Notes: generated from the letters alone by a model not told the origin. DNA of 23,028 nt from Okeania sp. (GCF_035285525.1 NZ_JAYKGW010000247.1:1-23028); one strand, 5' to 3'. Counted from the stretch's first letter, positions 1 through 8,822 are shown. Numbers and translations: made by a program.

Positions 1-348
1 CCAAAGCTATGATAAATAACAAGTAAATTGTGACAATTATATAATCAATTATTTCCATCAAACTATTCCTCAATTAAATATATTAAAACTCAGTAATTAG
101 TTGTTTTTTTATGTGCAAAAAAAAAGGTGTAAATAAATTATCATAATTATTAAAAAGCTGACAAAAATTATTATTTTTTGGTTCTTTTTTTAAACTGCTG
201 TCAATGAAATTAATCGGTAATCTTGTAAAATTATAAAAATAGACCGATACATCTTTTTTATTGCCAAGAGATAAATTCCTATAATTAGCACTTTTTTACT
301 ATTAATTACTAACTTTTTTTTCATCAATAAAGTATCTATCCAAAATTT

Positions 349-759
349 TTATTCTGAATAGAAACCCGATTCTCTAATTATCTCATATCCTCTATTGCTC
401 ATTTTAGCTGTCAATGAAGAAGTAACATAGATAAATTTATGTTTTTTATAGATAGCAATTTTTTCTAGAGTTTTCAATAATCTTGTACCAATACCTTGCC
501 ATGTAAATTTTGGAGAAACAAAAAGACTATTAATTACTGGTTGATAAATATGAATAGAGCTAAAACCAACAATGTTTTCATTATAAATTGCTAGAAAAAC
601 AACCTCCTTTTTGAATCTTAATAGTGCTTGTTCTCTGACTAAAGATTCTATCTGTAGTCGTTGATAATCTTGAACAGATAAAATTCTCAAACACTCTGTT
701 TGTCAATCAATAATTTTTTCTTTTTCTTCAGTTTTAGCCAAACGAATTAAAATTTTCAT
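349..759 (-). pseudogene. GNAT-family N-acetyltransferase interrupted by one in-frame TGA
   Basis: The ORF track gives only 349..690, starting at a TTG. The same minus-strand frame continues upstream to an ATG at 759 (MKILIRLAKTEEKEKIID), crossing a single TGA (plus-strand tca at 703..705). The combined product of about 136 aa is normal GNAT size. The acetyl-CoA motif region is ...FTWQGIGTRLLKTLE. Confidence 0.6.
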
Positions 760-789
760 TATGGTTTTCCACTTAGAATCTTTGTCAGT

Positions 790-955
790 ATTCACCTATT
801 AGCTATCAGCAATAAGACTCTATGTTGAAATAAAAATTTTAAATGAATATAGACTTTATATCTGACTTTTGTAGCAAGATTTTTATACCTCAATTAACAA
901 AGTTTTGATCCGTTACTAAAGCACTATTTTGATAACTGATAGCTGACACCATCAA
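790..955. mobile_element. MITE-like dispersed repeat, family A (degenerate ends)
   Basis: The core ...aaattttaaatgaatatagacttt... and the agctatcag / ctgatagctgac ends match the other family A copies. It has the same orientation as 1708 and 2741. Confidence 0.5.
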
Positions 956-966
956 TATGACTAATT

Positions 967-1434
967 TTATGAATTAATACGACTCATTTCCCAAGTAGTA
1001 TAAGTGCCAATAGGACTCCAAAATGTATAGGGTAATAATAAAATTCCTGCCCAAATATTAATTTTCCAAACAGTCAAAATTAACATCAAACTTAATACAA
1101 AACCAGTTCCTCCAATAATTGTTCCTACCTTCAGATTTTGTGTCCGAAACATGACAGGTGTATAAGCTATTGTCACTATTTCTAACAATAAATATAGTAC
1201 CATTAATAACCAAGTTTTTTGAGTACCAGCTTCTTGCTCCCAAATAATATATGTAGACCAAGCACCACAGATAAAAATCGTTATCCAAATTAAGGGAATT
1301 AATCTTTCAAAAGTTAACCAATGAGGTCTTTGTAAACGCCTAAACCATTGAGCATCTTCAGAACGAATCAAGAATCCACTAATAAATGGTATTAAAAAAG
1401 TAATGCTGCCTATTATTATCCAAGATTTAATCAT
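967..1434 (-). CDS. tspO: TspO/MBR family tryptophan-rich sensory protein
   Basis: The product has five hydrophobic segments. WFRRLQRPHWLTFERLIPLIWITIF and WAGILLLPYTFWSPIGTYTTWEMSRIN match the conserved W..L.KP.W.PP..VFP.VW and WAG.L..PYL.W blocks of TspO. The ORF-track start at 1527 is a TTG. The ATG at 1434 (MIKSW...) gives the typical 155 aa. Confidence 0.75.
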   Translation of the reverse strand: MIKSWIIIGSITFLIPFISGFLIRSEDAQWFRRLQRPHWLTFERLIPLIWITIFICGAWSTYIIWEQEAGTQKTWLLMVLYLLLEIVTIAYTPVMFRTQNLKVGTIIGGTGFVLSLMLILTVWKINIWAGILLLPYTFWSPIGTYTTWEMSRINS

Positions 1435-1707
1435 TTGTTTTAGAGAGTAGAGAATAAGGAATATAAAATTGTAAGCATTCTGCAAAAAATGCGGAATGTT
1501 TCGCAAACAGCTTTTGTCAAAAATCAAGCATTTAAAAGGTTAACTAACAACCAATTTCATGGATAATTTTTAATTCTCTTGAGAAACTAATTTCTTCTTT
1601 AGTTGGATAATAAGTTAATAACTCAAAGCTGATAGCTGATAGCTGAATGCTTACGAATTAGCTTTAACCAAACCTCTAATATTACCAAAAAAACTTGTCA
1701 AAAATCT

Positions 1708-1906
1708 GTAACCATTCAACTATTACCTGTCAGCTAACAGGAATAAAAAGCTTAATCTTAAGGAGGATATTTAAGCGAATAAAGAAAGTGAAAGCTGAAT
1801 TTTTTATTAGATAAAATTGTTGATTTATCGGGAACCGTATCATCAAGCTTTTATCTCAAAGTAAAATAAATAGCTGACTACTAAATGCTGACTGCTAAAT
1901 GCTTAC
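1708..1906. mobile_element. MITE-like dispersed repeat, family A
   Basis: The ends are gtaaccattcaac ... ctgctaaatgcttac, forming imperfect terminal inverted repeats. The core cttaaggaggatatttaagcgaata...gatttatcgggaaccgtatcatcaagctt is the reverse complement of the core in 2974..3150. Confidence 0.7.
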
Positions 1907-1945
1907 AAAAATCTTCCATAAAAAAATCAGTAATCGACAAATAAA

Positions 1946-2557
1946 TTAACCAAGTCGATGATTTTGTTCTAGTTCCATACTAGACTCATCCTCATTATCT
2001 TGAGGAACAAGAAAATTACTATTTTGAGACTGTAAAACAGCTTTAATTGTTTTCATAAAACGATTTGATGAAACTTTACCATTAAGTTTTTCACGCACTT
2101 TTACCTTCTTAACTAGATGTCGCATTACAGATAAATCTAATTCATCTATAAAATGGTCGGCAATTTTTTCTCCCATTAAATCAATTGCTTCTGAATACTG
2201 TTTTTTCAACATCTCTATTGCTGCATAAACTTCATCATTAACTTCTTCTGAAGTATCAATTACGCTATTAATATTATCTTGGAAATTTTGATTGTATTCG
2301 TGAGGAGATTGTTGTGGTCTAATTTGACGACGTTCTATAAAAGTTTGATAATCAATAATGCTCATCCCAAGATTATAAATATGGTGATGTACATGATCTA
2401 TTAAATCAACTTCATCTGGATTATAATAACCTCTACTATTATCAATACCATGCAACTTTGCCCAACTTTTTAAGATTGTTTCATCCTGTAAGTTGTATCT
2501 TTCTAACATTTCAATAGTAGTTATATTGCTTTGTGGTGTTACTTTAAAATCGCTCAT
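1946..2557 (-). CDS. hypothetical protein (203 aa, acidic, HVHHHI patch)
   Basis: A long ORF in AT-rich DNA. The ATG is preceded by GGAGA 8 nt upstream on the minus strand (aatGGAGAattgattaATG). I recognise no family. Confidence 0.6.
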   Translation of the reverse strand: MSDFKVTPQSNITTIEMLERYNLQDETILKSWAKLHGIDNSRGYYNPDEVDLIDHVHHHIYNLGMSIIDYQTFIERRQIRPQQSPHEYNQNFQDNINSVIDTSEEVNDEVYAAIEMLKKQYSEAIDLMGEKIADHFIDELDLSVMRHLVKKVKVREKLNGKVSSNRFMKTIKAVLQSQNSNFLVPQDNEDESSMELEQNHRLG

Positions 2558-2631
2558 TAATCAATTCTCCATTAATATTATTTAAGACTATTTATTTTAT
2601 AGCAACCTTAAATAGATTGTAATATTTTATG

Positions 2632-2668
2632 GTAGGGTTTTGGTTTCTCAACCCCTACAGTTTTTTTT
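2632..2668 (+). terminator. orphan intrinsic-terminator-like hairpin plus T8
   Basis: gtagggtt (2632..2639) pairs with aacccctac (2650..2658, one bulge). It is followed by ag and tttttttt (2661..2668). No plus-strand gene lies upstream. Confidence 0.4.
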
Positions 2669-2740
2669 GAAAAATAATTTTATATTGCTATATATATTTT
2701 ATATTAGGTAAATTAACGTCAAAAATACTTTAAATTATAG

Positions 2741-2902
2741 GTAAGCATTCAGCAAGCTCTACCTAAATCTTAAGCAGGAGTTTTAAATGAATATACCCTT
2801 TAAAAATCAGCTTTTATAGTAAAATTAAATTTACCTCATTATTAATAAAGGTTCTCTTTCAAACTAAAATAAATAGCTAATAGCTGACTGTTGGATGCTT
2901 AC
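2741..2902. mobile_element. MITE-like dispersed repeat, family A
   Basis: The terminal inverted repeats are gtaagcattcagca ... ctgttggatgcttac. The core is homologous to 1708..1906 in the same orientation. Confidence 0.7.
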
Positions 2903-2973
2903 AGTTAAACTCATTAAATATCTTTAGTCGATCTCAAAGGAAAACTAGAGAATATCTCATCTATTGTCTATGG

Positions 2974-3150
2974 TCAGCTATTGGTTTTATTTTGAGAAAA
3001 AGCTTGATGATACAGTTCCCGATAAATCAGGAATTTTGCTGACTACAAAATTCAGTTTTTTAACTCTATATTCGTTTAAATATCCTCCTGAAAACTCAAG
3101 TTTTTATTACTAATAGCTGTTGGCGCAGCATTCCCCAGATAAATGCTTAC
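2974..3150. mobile_element. MITE-like dispersed repeat, family A (opposite orientation)
   Basis: aagcttgatgatacagttcccgataaatca...tattcgtttaaatatcctcctg... is the reverse complement of the 1708..1906 core. It ends ...gcgcagcattccccagataaatgcttac. Confidence 0.7.
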
Positions 3151-3166
3151 AAACTAATTTATTTAG

Positions 3167-3365
3167 ATTATTCTAATTTTACCGAATAATTAATAACTAA
3201 TAGTTAATAATTAATAATTAAAAGTTGATAGTCAACAATTATTTATTCATTCAATAATTCACCCCTGGAAGCCCCCCCTTTTAAGGTGATAAATCAAAAA
3301 AATTCATAATTAGTCAATCCCCTTCTTTGAAAAAGGGGTAATTATTAATTGTTCATTATTAATTG
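3167..3365. mobile_element. dispersed repeat, family B
   Basis: It starts attattctaattttaccgaataattaa. It ends with the hairpin cccctt(3319..3324)/aagggg(3333..3338) followed by gtaattattaatt...cattatt. Confidence 0.65.
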
Positions 3366-3457
3366 CTGAAAAATTGTCTAAAATATTGCTAGTATAACAT
3401 AGCATCATCTATAATTAAATAATTACAAACTAACCTATTTTTGTCAAAGCTATAATT

Positions 3458-3796
3458 ATGCCTATATACGATTATTTTTGTCCAACTAATAACCAAAAAC
3501 TCGAAGTCTGGCACAGTATAAATGACAAGATATCAACTTGGGGTCAGCTATGTAAATTAGCGAAATGTGATACAGGCGACACTCCAGAAAATACTCCTGT
3601 TAAACGGATAATTAGCGCTCCTAGAATCATAGTAGAAACTGGAATTAGCGAGCTAAAAAGTCACGGATTTAGTAAATTAGTAAAACGGGATCAAGGAGTA
3701 TATGAAAATTTAACAGCAACAGGTGATGAAAGTCGGATAGTCAATATCAACGACCATAGTACCTATCCAAATTTCAAAGAAAAATTAGGAGACTAA
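3458..3796 (+). CDS. FmdB/CxxC_CxxC_SSSS-type zinc-ribbon family protein with degenerate cysteine pairs
   Basis: The N-terminus MPIYDYFCPTNNQKLEVWHS...CKLAKCD...VKRIISAP follows the MPIYEYxCxxC...CPxCG...RxIS pattern of the FmdB family. The first pair is C-P-T-N, so its second Cys is missing. The second pair is CxxxxC. Confidence 0.6.
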   Translation: MPIYDYFCPTNNQKLEVWHSINDKISTWGQLCKLAKCDTGDTPENTPVKRIISAPRIIVETGISELKSHGFSKLVKRDQGVYENLTATGDESRIVNINDHSTYPNFKEKLGD

Positions 3797-3917
3797 AATA
3801 TTAAGATTGAAAATTTTTATCAGCCAAACAAGAAGAAAAATTTGATATAAATTAAGCTTATTTTTTGGAGCTTATCTTATCTATATTTTTCCCTCATAAT
3901 GACTACTTAATAATAAA

Positions 3918-4074
3918 ATTATTCTATTTTACCGAATAATTAAATAATTAAATAACTCACGCCTTGAAGGCTCCCCTTTAAATTTATTTAAAAGGGAAAA
4001 AATTTACTTTTTTCCTTTTATTCAATCCTCTTTCTTTTAGGGAGAGGTAATTATCAATTACCCATTATTGAATG
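3918..4074. mobile_element. dispersed repeat, family B
   Basis: It starts attattctattttaccgaataattaa. It ends with the hairpin cctct(4027..4031)/agagg(4043..4047) followed by gtaattatcaatt...cattatt. It has the same orientation as 3167..3365. Confidence 0.65.
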
Positions 4075-4143
4075 ATTTTTGCCAAATCTATAGTCACCCA
4101 TCCGAAATATAATTGAATATTTTATCCCCTAAAACCTAATCAC

Positions 4144-4527
4144 TTATTCTTTACCAGATACAAACTCTCGTAAACGAAGCAAACTAAAAGTTTGACCCAA
4201 ATTTATTGGAAACATAGATATTCCTTCTAGACGAGATTGTACCCAACCATCTCCCCAATACCACTCGTGAAATCCATCAATACCTTGACTAAGTATAAAC
4301 CTCAAACAATTTGGTCTTACTACATCAACATAATGCTTAATTTCTATCAGTCCCACCCAACTTTCAAACTTTACACCCTCAGATAATTGTTCTGGTAGAC
4401 CTGGAGAAAAACGCTGAGGCCATAACCATATCTGTAACTGAGATGGACGTAGCAAACTATCTCTTATTGTCGCTTCGGCAGCTTCAATTTCAATCCTAAG
4501 ATGGCTTTTTTGAAAAGTACCTAACAT
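4144..4527 (-). CDS. hypothetical protein (127 aa, Trp-rich)
   Basis: An ATG-started ORF with non-random composition (WLWPQRF, HEWYWGDGW). I cannot assign a family securely. An SRPBCC-like fold is only a guess. Confidence 0.5.
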   Translation of the reverse strand: MLGTFQKSHLRIEIEAAEATIRDSLLRPSQLQIWLWPQRFSPGLPEQLSEGVKFESWVGLIEIKHYVDVVRPNCLRFILSQGIDGFHEWYWGDGWVQSRLEGISMFPINLGQTFSLLRLREFVSGKE

Positions 4528-4574
4528 ATCTAAATAACTAATAAAATATAGATGTAATTTTTAAATTTATTATT

Positions 4575-4727
4575 GTAAGCATTCAGCAGTCAGCTTTTAG
4601 CTATCAGATATTAATTGTGGAAAAAGTAAAACAACTCTTTAAATTGAGCAACAATAAAAAGTTACTGTCGAAGTTCCTTTCCCAAAGCTCAAAAACAATT
4701 ATTCATTACTAATAGCTAAATGCTTGC
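4575..4727. mobile_element. MITE-like dispersed repeat, family A (divergent core)
   Basis: The ends are gtaagcattcagcagtcagcttttagctatcag ... attactaatagctaaatgcttgc. A separate end-module hairpin, gtaagcatttcctgcggaatcctgtgc, follows at 4736..4762. Confidence 0.6.
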
Positions 4728-4980
4728 AATAATAAGTAAGCATTTCCTGCGGAATCCTGTGCAAATAGCAATAATATCTTATCATTAAAAAGACAACTTT
4801 TAAAATGTTGTAGTCAGATTTAATTCTTGCTTAATAATATCCCCTAAGCAAAGTGTTTAAATAAAGCTTTTATCTCATACCAAAAATATAGTTAATTCCT
4901 GAGAGTTGAATCCTTACTTTTATATTACAGCAGTTTCCCCGCCTTAATTATAGGGTACAGTTGTTTCTCTTCTTTTCTAT

Positions 4981-5022
4981 TCCCTATTCCCTGTTCCCTG
5001 TTCCCTGTCCCCTGTTCCCTCT
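4981..5022. repeat. STRR-type heptamer array (TCCCTGT x6)
   Basis: The array is tccctat tccctgt tccctgt tccctgt cccctgt tccctct, about 200 bp upstream of hslO. Confidence 0.9.
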
Positions 5023-5222
5023 CTCAACTAAGAAATTGACTTTGCATAATACTTATAAAACCAAACTAGAACATTACCAAAATTTAGCAATCCTAAATTA
5101 GTTGTGATAATTTTTCAGAACAATTTTCCCAAAATGGTAAACATCAAATTAATATATTAGCCACAAATTAAATTTTTATGATAAAAAAGAATCATCATTA
5201 TTTAAGAAGCGTTAGGATTCCA

Positions 5223-6158
5223 ATGGCAGATCAACTAATTAGAGCTACAGCAGCAGAAGGTGGCATTCGTGCTGTTGGTGTAATAACCACTCGCTTAACT
5301 GAAGAAGCAAGACAACGACACAAACTCTCTTGGGTGGCCTCTGCTGCTCTTGGCCGCACAATGGCAGCCGGATTATTATTAGCTTCTAGTATGAAAACCC
5401 CAGAATCAAGAGTTAACATTAGCATTCAGGGCAATGGTCCATTAGGAGCAGTTTTAGTTGATGCTGGCCTAGATGGAACTGTCAGAGGCTATGTAGAAAA
5501 TCCTACAATTGAGCTATCACCAAATCAAGTTGGCAAATTAGATGTAGGAAAAGCAGTAGGAAACCAAGGCTATCTATACATAGTTAGAGATATTGGCTAT
5601 GGCTACCCTTACTCCAGTACAGTAGAATTAGTATCTGGGGAAATTGGAGATGATATTACCCATTACTTAGTTACATCAGAACAAACACCATCAGCTCTAG
5701 TATTAGGAGTATTTGTAGATACAGAAGGCATACAAGCAGCAGGAGGACTTTTATTACAAGTTATGCCCAAAGCAGCTACAGACGAAGAATTAGTTCAAAC
5801 ATTAGAATCTCGTATAGCTTCTCTATCAGGTTTTACTCCCCTACTGCGTTCCGGCAAAACATTACCAGAAATTTTCCAACAGCTTTTGGGAGATATGGGC
5901 TTAAATATATTACCTGAACGTCAAATAGTCCGTTTTAACTGTAACTGCTCTTTTGAGAAAGTATTAGGAGCTTTAAAAATGTTTGGTATAGAGGAACTAA
6001 GAGATATGATTGAAAAAGACAAGGGTGCTGAAGCAACTTGCGAATTTTGTGCAGAAGTATATCAAGCTAGTCCAAAAGACCTGACACAACTTATTCAAGA
6101 ATTACAACAACCTTTCACAGAAGTACCTGTTGGAAAATTACGCAAGTTATCTCATTAA
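5223..6158 (+). CDS. hslO: Hsp33 redox-regulated molecular chaperone
   Basis: ADQLIRATAAEGGIRAVGVITT is an Hsp33 N-terminus. The C-terminal zinc centre is CNCS...CEFC (FNCNCSFEKV ... ATCEFCAEVY). I prefer the ATG at 5223 because it has AGGA 6 nt upstream. The ORF-track start at 5178 would add 15 atypical residues. Confidence 0.9.
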   Translation: MADQLIRATAAEGGIRAVGVITTRLTEEARQRHKLSWVASAALGRTMAAGLLLASSMKTPESRVNISIQGNGPLGAVLVDAGLDGTVRGYVENPTIELSPNQVGKLDVGKAVGNQGYLYIVRDIGYGYPYSSTVELVSGEIGDDITHYLVTSEQTPSALVLGVFVDTEGIQAAGGLLLQVMPKAATDEELVQTLESRIASLSGFTPLLRSGKTLPEIFQQLLGDMGLNILPERQIVRFNCNCSFEKVLGALKMFGIEELRDMIEKDKGAEATCEFCAEVYQASPKDLTQLIQELQQPFTEVPVGKLRKLSH

Positions 6159-6183
6159 CAAACTTTCTGAAAAATAGAAAAAT

Positions 6184-6286
6184 CAGGACTTACGCAGATG
6201 AACCCAGAAACCGGGTTTCTTCTAGACTTCTATTGCTCAAAACAACGATTTATTCCTAGAAACCGGGTTCCTCCTGTCTAAGTCCT
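6184..6286. mobile_element. MITE, family C (caggacttacgca termini)
   Basis: The terminal inverted repeats are caggacttacgcag ... ctgtctaagtcct. There are two internal agaaaccgggtt hairpin modules. The element lies directly after the hslO stop. Confidence 0.65.
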
Positions 6287-6476
6287 AAAAATGTTATATA
6301 TTCTAGATTTTATGACTCTAGAGTTGCATAATTACTAAAAATAGTGTATACCTAGAGACCGCATATAACTAAATTAACTTGAATTAAGAACAAATCTTAT
6401 TTGTAGGCTGAATAAACCCGGAAGTAATAAGAGTTTAATATATTATTGATTGCTTGCTGCTCAGGATAAAGCATAT

Positions 6477-8627
6477 ATGATGAATGAAAAGCACAGAATA
6501 ATAGGCCATAGCCGGATGATGCGTCAGATCAAGCCAATAGACCAAAATCAATGGCAATTACCTGAACGTCGGAAAAACCGCCAACAAAGACTGCAAGAAC
6601 TTAGAGCAAATAGCAGTCAGAAAAAAATATACAAATCTCCTACAAAATATTCTAGTCAACAAAAACATTCAGTTTCTCAAATCAAAAAAACTGATTCCCA
6701 AATCAAAAAAACTGAGCCAAAAAGACTACAATATCTGGCAACTATTAATAGGTTGTTTTGGATAGCTCTATTGGTAATAGTTCCTGCTGCCTCAGGTATA
6801 ACAGCTATCTCAGTATTATTAAGGTTACCCTCTCAGTCAGATTGTGACTTAACTTACTGGCAAACTGCATCTGCTAGTAAACGTCTTTATTGTGCCCAGT
6901 CGTTGGCTAGTTCATCAAATGTAGAAAATTTAGTTCAAGCAATTAATTTGGTAGACGTTTTGTCAGATGACCATCCCATGCGTCCACAAGTAAATGCTCA
7001 TATTGAAGAATGGTCGAAAAAAATATTGTCCCTCGGAGATTTAGCTTTTCAAGATGGAAAGCTAGAAGAAGCAATTAGTGTAGCTCGAAAAGTCCCCCAG
7101 AAAGCGCCAGCTTACCCACTTGTACAAAAACAGATTCAAGACTGGCAAAAAACTTGGAATCAAGGTGAAGAAAATTATAAGCAGACTCAAGAACATTTGC
7201 GTAAAGAAGAATGGTATCTAGCTTCCCTCGCAGCTTCTCGTTTACTCACAGTGTCAAATGTTCATTGGGGGACAACAAAATATCAGCAACTAACTAACGA
7301 GATTAAAAGAACTCGGCAAGAAAGTAGCAAGTTAAACGAAGCACGAAATATTGCTAAACGGGGTGGGCTAAATAATTTGACTGAGGCGATTAAAAAAGCT
7401 CAAGAAGTTGAACAAAACAGTTATCTCTATCTCGCAGCTCAAAAGTTGATTGTTAATTTGAGCGAACAATTAATAGATATAGCTACAAGAGAATTAAATA
7501 TAGGAAATTGGCAAGAGGCGCTTGAGATAATTCGCATAGTTCCCCAAAATACTGCCTTAAAGGAAAAAATAGAAGATATAGAAATATTAGCTCGTGCCCA
7601 TTCTCCAGCTAACTTAGGTACAATAGCAGGACTCGAAGATGCTATTGTTCAAGTTCAAAAAGTTAAATCTGGACGGCCATTGTATGGGAAGGCTCAAAAA
7701 TTAATTAGTCAGTGGCAAGAAGAAGTAGCAGATATTCTGATTATTGAAGAAGGAAAGAAACTAGCTCTGGGGAATCGAGTTAGTGGTTTAAAAGCAGCGA
7801 TCGCTAAACTACAAAGTATTCCTCTCAATAACCGTCGGGGACAAGAAGCTGTTACTTTGATAGGAGCTTGGAGTCAACAACTACAGCAAACAGAAGATCG
7901 GCCGTTCTTGGATAAAGCTGAGAAATTAGCCAGCTTTGGTGATACAACTTCTTTACAAGCAGCAATTGATGAAGCCAATCAAATTGGTAGAGATAGAGCT
8001 CTTTATCAGGAAGCTCAAGAGAAAATTAATAAATGGACACAAAGACTGCAAATTTTTCAATATCAACCAATCTTCAATGATGCACAACTTTTAGCATCTT
8101 CAGGTAATATAGAGGCGGCAATTCTCAAGGCTAGAGAAATTAAGCCAGGTACAGTCCTCTATGAGCAAGCCAGAGCCAAAATTCAGGACTGGCAATCTCA
8201 AGAGGAGGCCAAAATTAATTTGGACAATGCTCGACAAGCTGCAGGAGCAGCAACGGTAGATGGTTATATGACGGCTATTAGTTTAGCACAGCAAGTACCA
8301 GCTTCCAGCTCTAAGCAATTGGAGGCTTCCCAATTAATTAATCAGTGGAGTCAACAAATATTGTCCATCGCTATGGATGTGGTTAATCAAGATGTACCAC
8401 AAGCAATTGAGATTGCTAGGAAAATTCCCAGAAATAGTATTGCTTATAATTCAGCCCAGAATCAAATTAGTATTTGGCAAAGTTGGCTCTATCCTCCTCA
8501 ATCTGTAGATACCCAAATTCTACCTTCGGATCAATCTCAGGAGGAGTTGATAGAAGAAAATTTCAATGTCACAGATGAGAGAAGCAAACCTTTGTTATCT
8601 AAACCAAAATTTGCCGATAATAACTAG
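6477..8627 (+). CDS. membrane-anchored helical-repeat protein (about 10 repeats ending Y..AQ..I..WQ)
   Basis: The product has a basic N-terminus, one TM helix (LFWIALLVIVPAASGITAISVLL) and then a repeated module [AI..A..IP.....Y..AQ..I..W(Q/S)]. Examples are YPLVQKQIQDWQ, YGKAQKLISQWQ, YQEAQEKINKWT, YEQARAKIQDWQ and YNSAQNQISIWQ. The ORF-track start at 6450 is a TTG. I prefer the ATG at 6477, which has AGGA upstream. Confidence 0.75.
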   Translation: MMNEKHRIIGHSRMMRQIKPIDQNQWQLPERRKNRQQRLQELRANSSQKKIYKSPTKYSSQQKHSVSQIKKTDSQIKKTEPKRLQYLATINRLFWIALLVIVPAASGITAISVLLRLPSQSDCDLTYWQTASASKRLYCAQSLASSSNVENLVQAINLVDVLSDDHPMRPQVNAHIEEWSKKILSLGDLAFQDGKLEEAISVARKVPQKAPAYPLVQKQIQDWQKTWNQGEENYKQTQEHLRKEEWYLASLAASRLLTVSNVHWGTTKYQQLTNEIKRTRQESSKLNEARNIAKRGGLNNLTEAIKKAQEVEQNSYLYLAAQKLIVNLSEQLIDIATRELNIGNWQEALEIIRIVPQNTALKEKIEDIEILARAHSPANLGTIAGLEDAIVQVQKVKSGRPLYGKAQKLISQWQEEVADILIIEEGKKLALGNRVSGLKAAIAKLQSIPLNNRRGQEAVTLIGAWSQQLQQTEDRPFLDKAEKLASFGDTTSLQAAIDEANQIGRDRALYQEAQEKINKWTQRLQIFQYQPIFNDAQLLASSGNIEAAILKAREIKPGTVLYEQARAKIQDWQSQEEAKINLDNARQAAGAATVDGYMTAISLAQQVPASSSKQLEASQLINQWSQQILSIAMDVVNQDVPQAIEIARKIPRNSIAYNSAQNQISIWQSWLYPPQSVDTQILPSDQSQEELIEENFNVTDERSKPLLSKPKFADNN

Positions 8628-8822
8628 AGTTAAGGATTCAAATCAGCAATCTAGAAAAGTTGTTTTTGTAACGGGGATTTTGAGCAACTCCCCAAAAACA
8701 TTCCGCCTGAAAGGTATGATTTTATACAGAAGCTGATTATTTAATATATTACTTTCATAATTTTATAAACTAAGCTGTAGCATTTAGTATCCCAATAATG
8801 GATAATTAATAATGAAAACTAT

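Noticed and set aside
190-324. 44-codon minus-strand ORF (MKKKLVINSKKVLIIGIYLL...) just downstream of the GNAT gene
   Set aside because: It is too short, low in complexity and AT-driven, and I recognise no motif.
1058-1288. 76-aa ORF on the minus strand inside tspO
   Set aside because: It lies in another frame of the same strand, entirely within the well-supported TspO coding sequence. It has no recognisable motifs.
5231-5425. 64-aa antisense ORF inside hslO
   Set aside because: It is antisense to a confidently identified gene. Its Ala/Arg-rich translation is typical of the mirror frame of a relatively GC-rich codon region.
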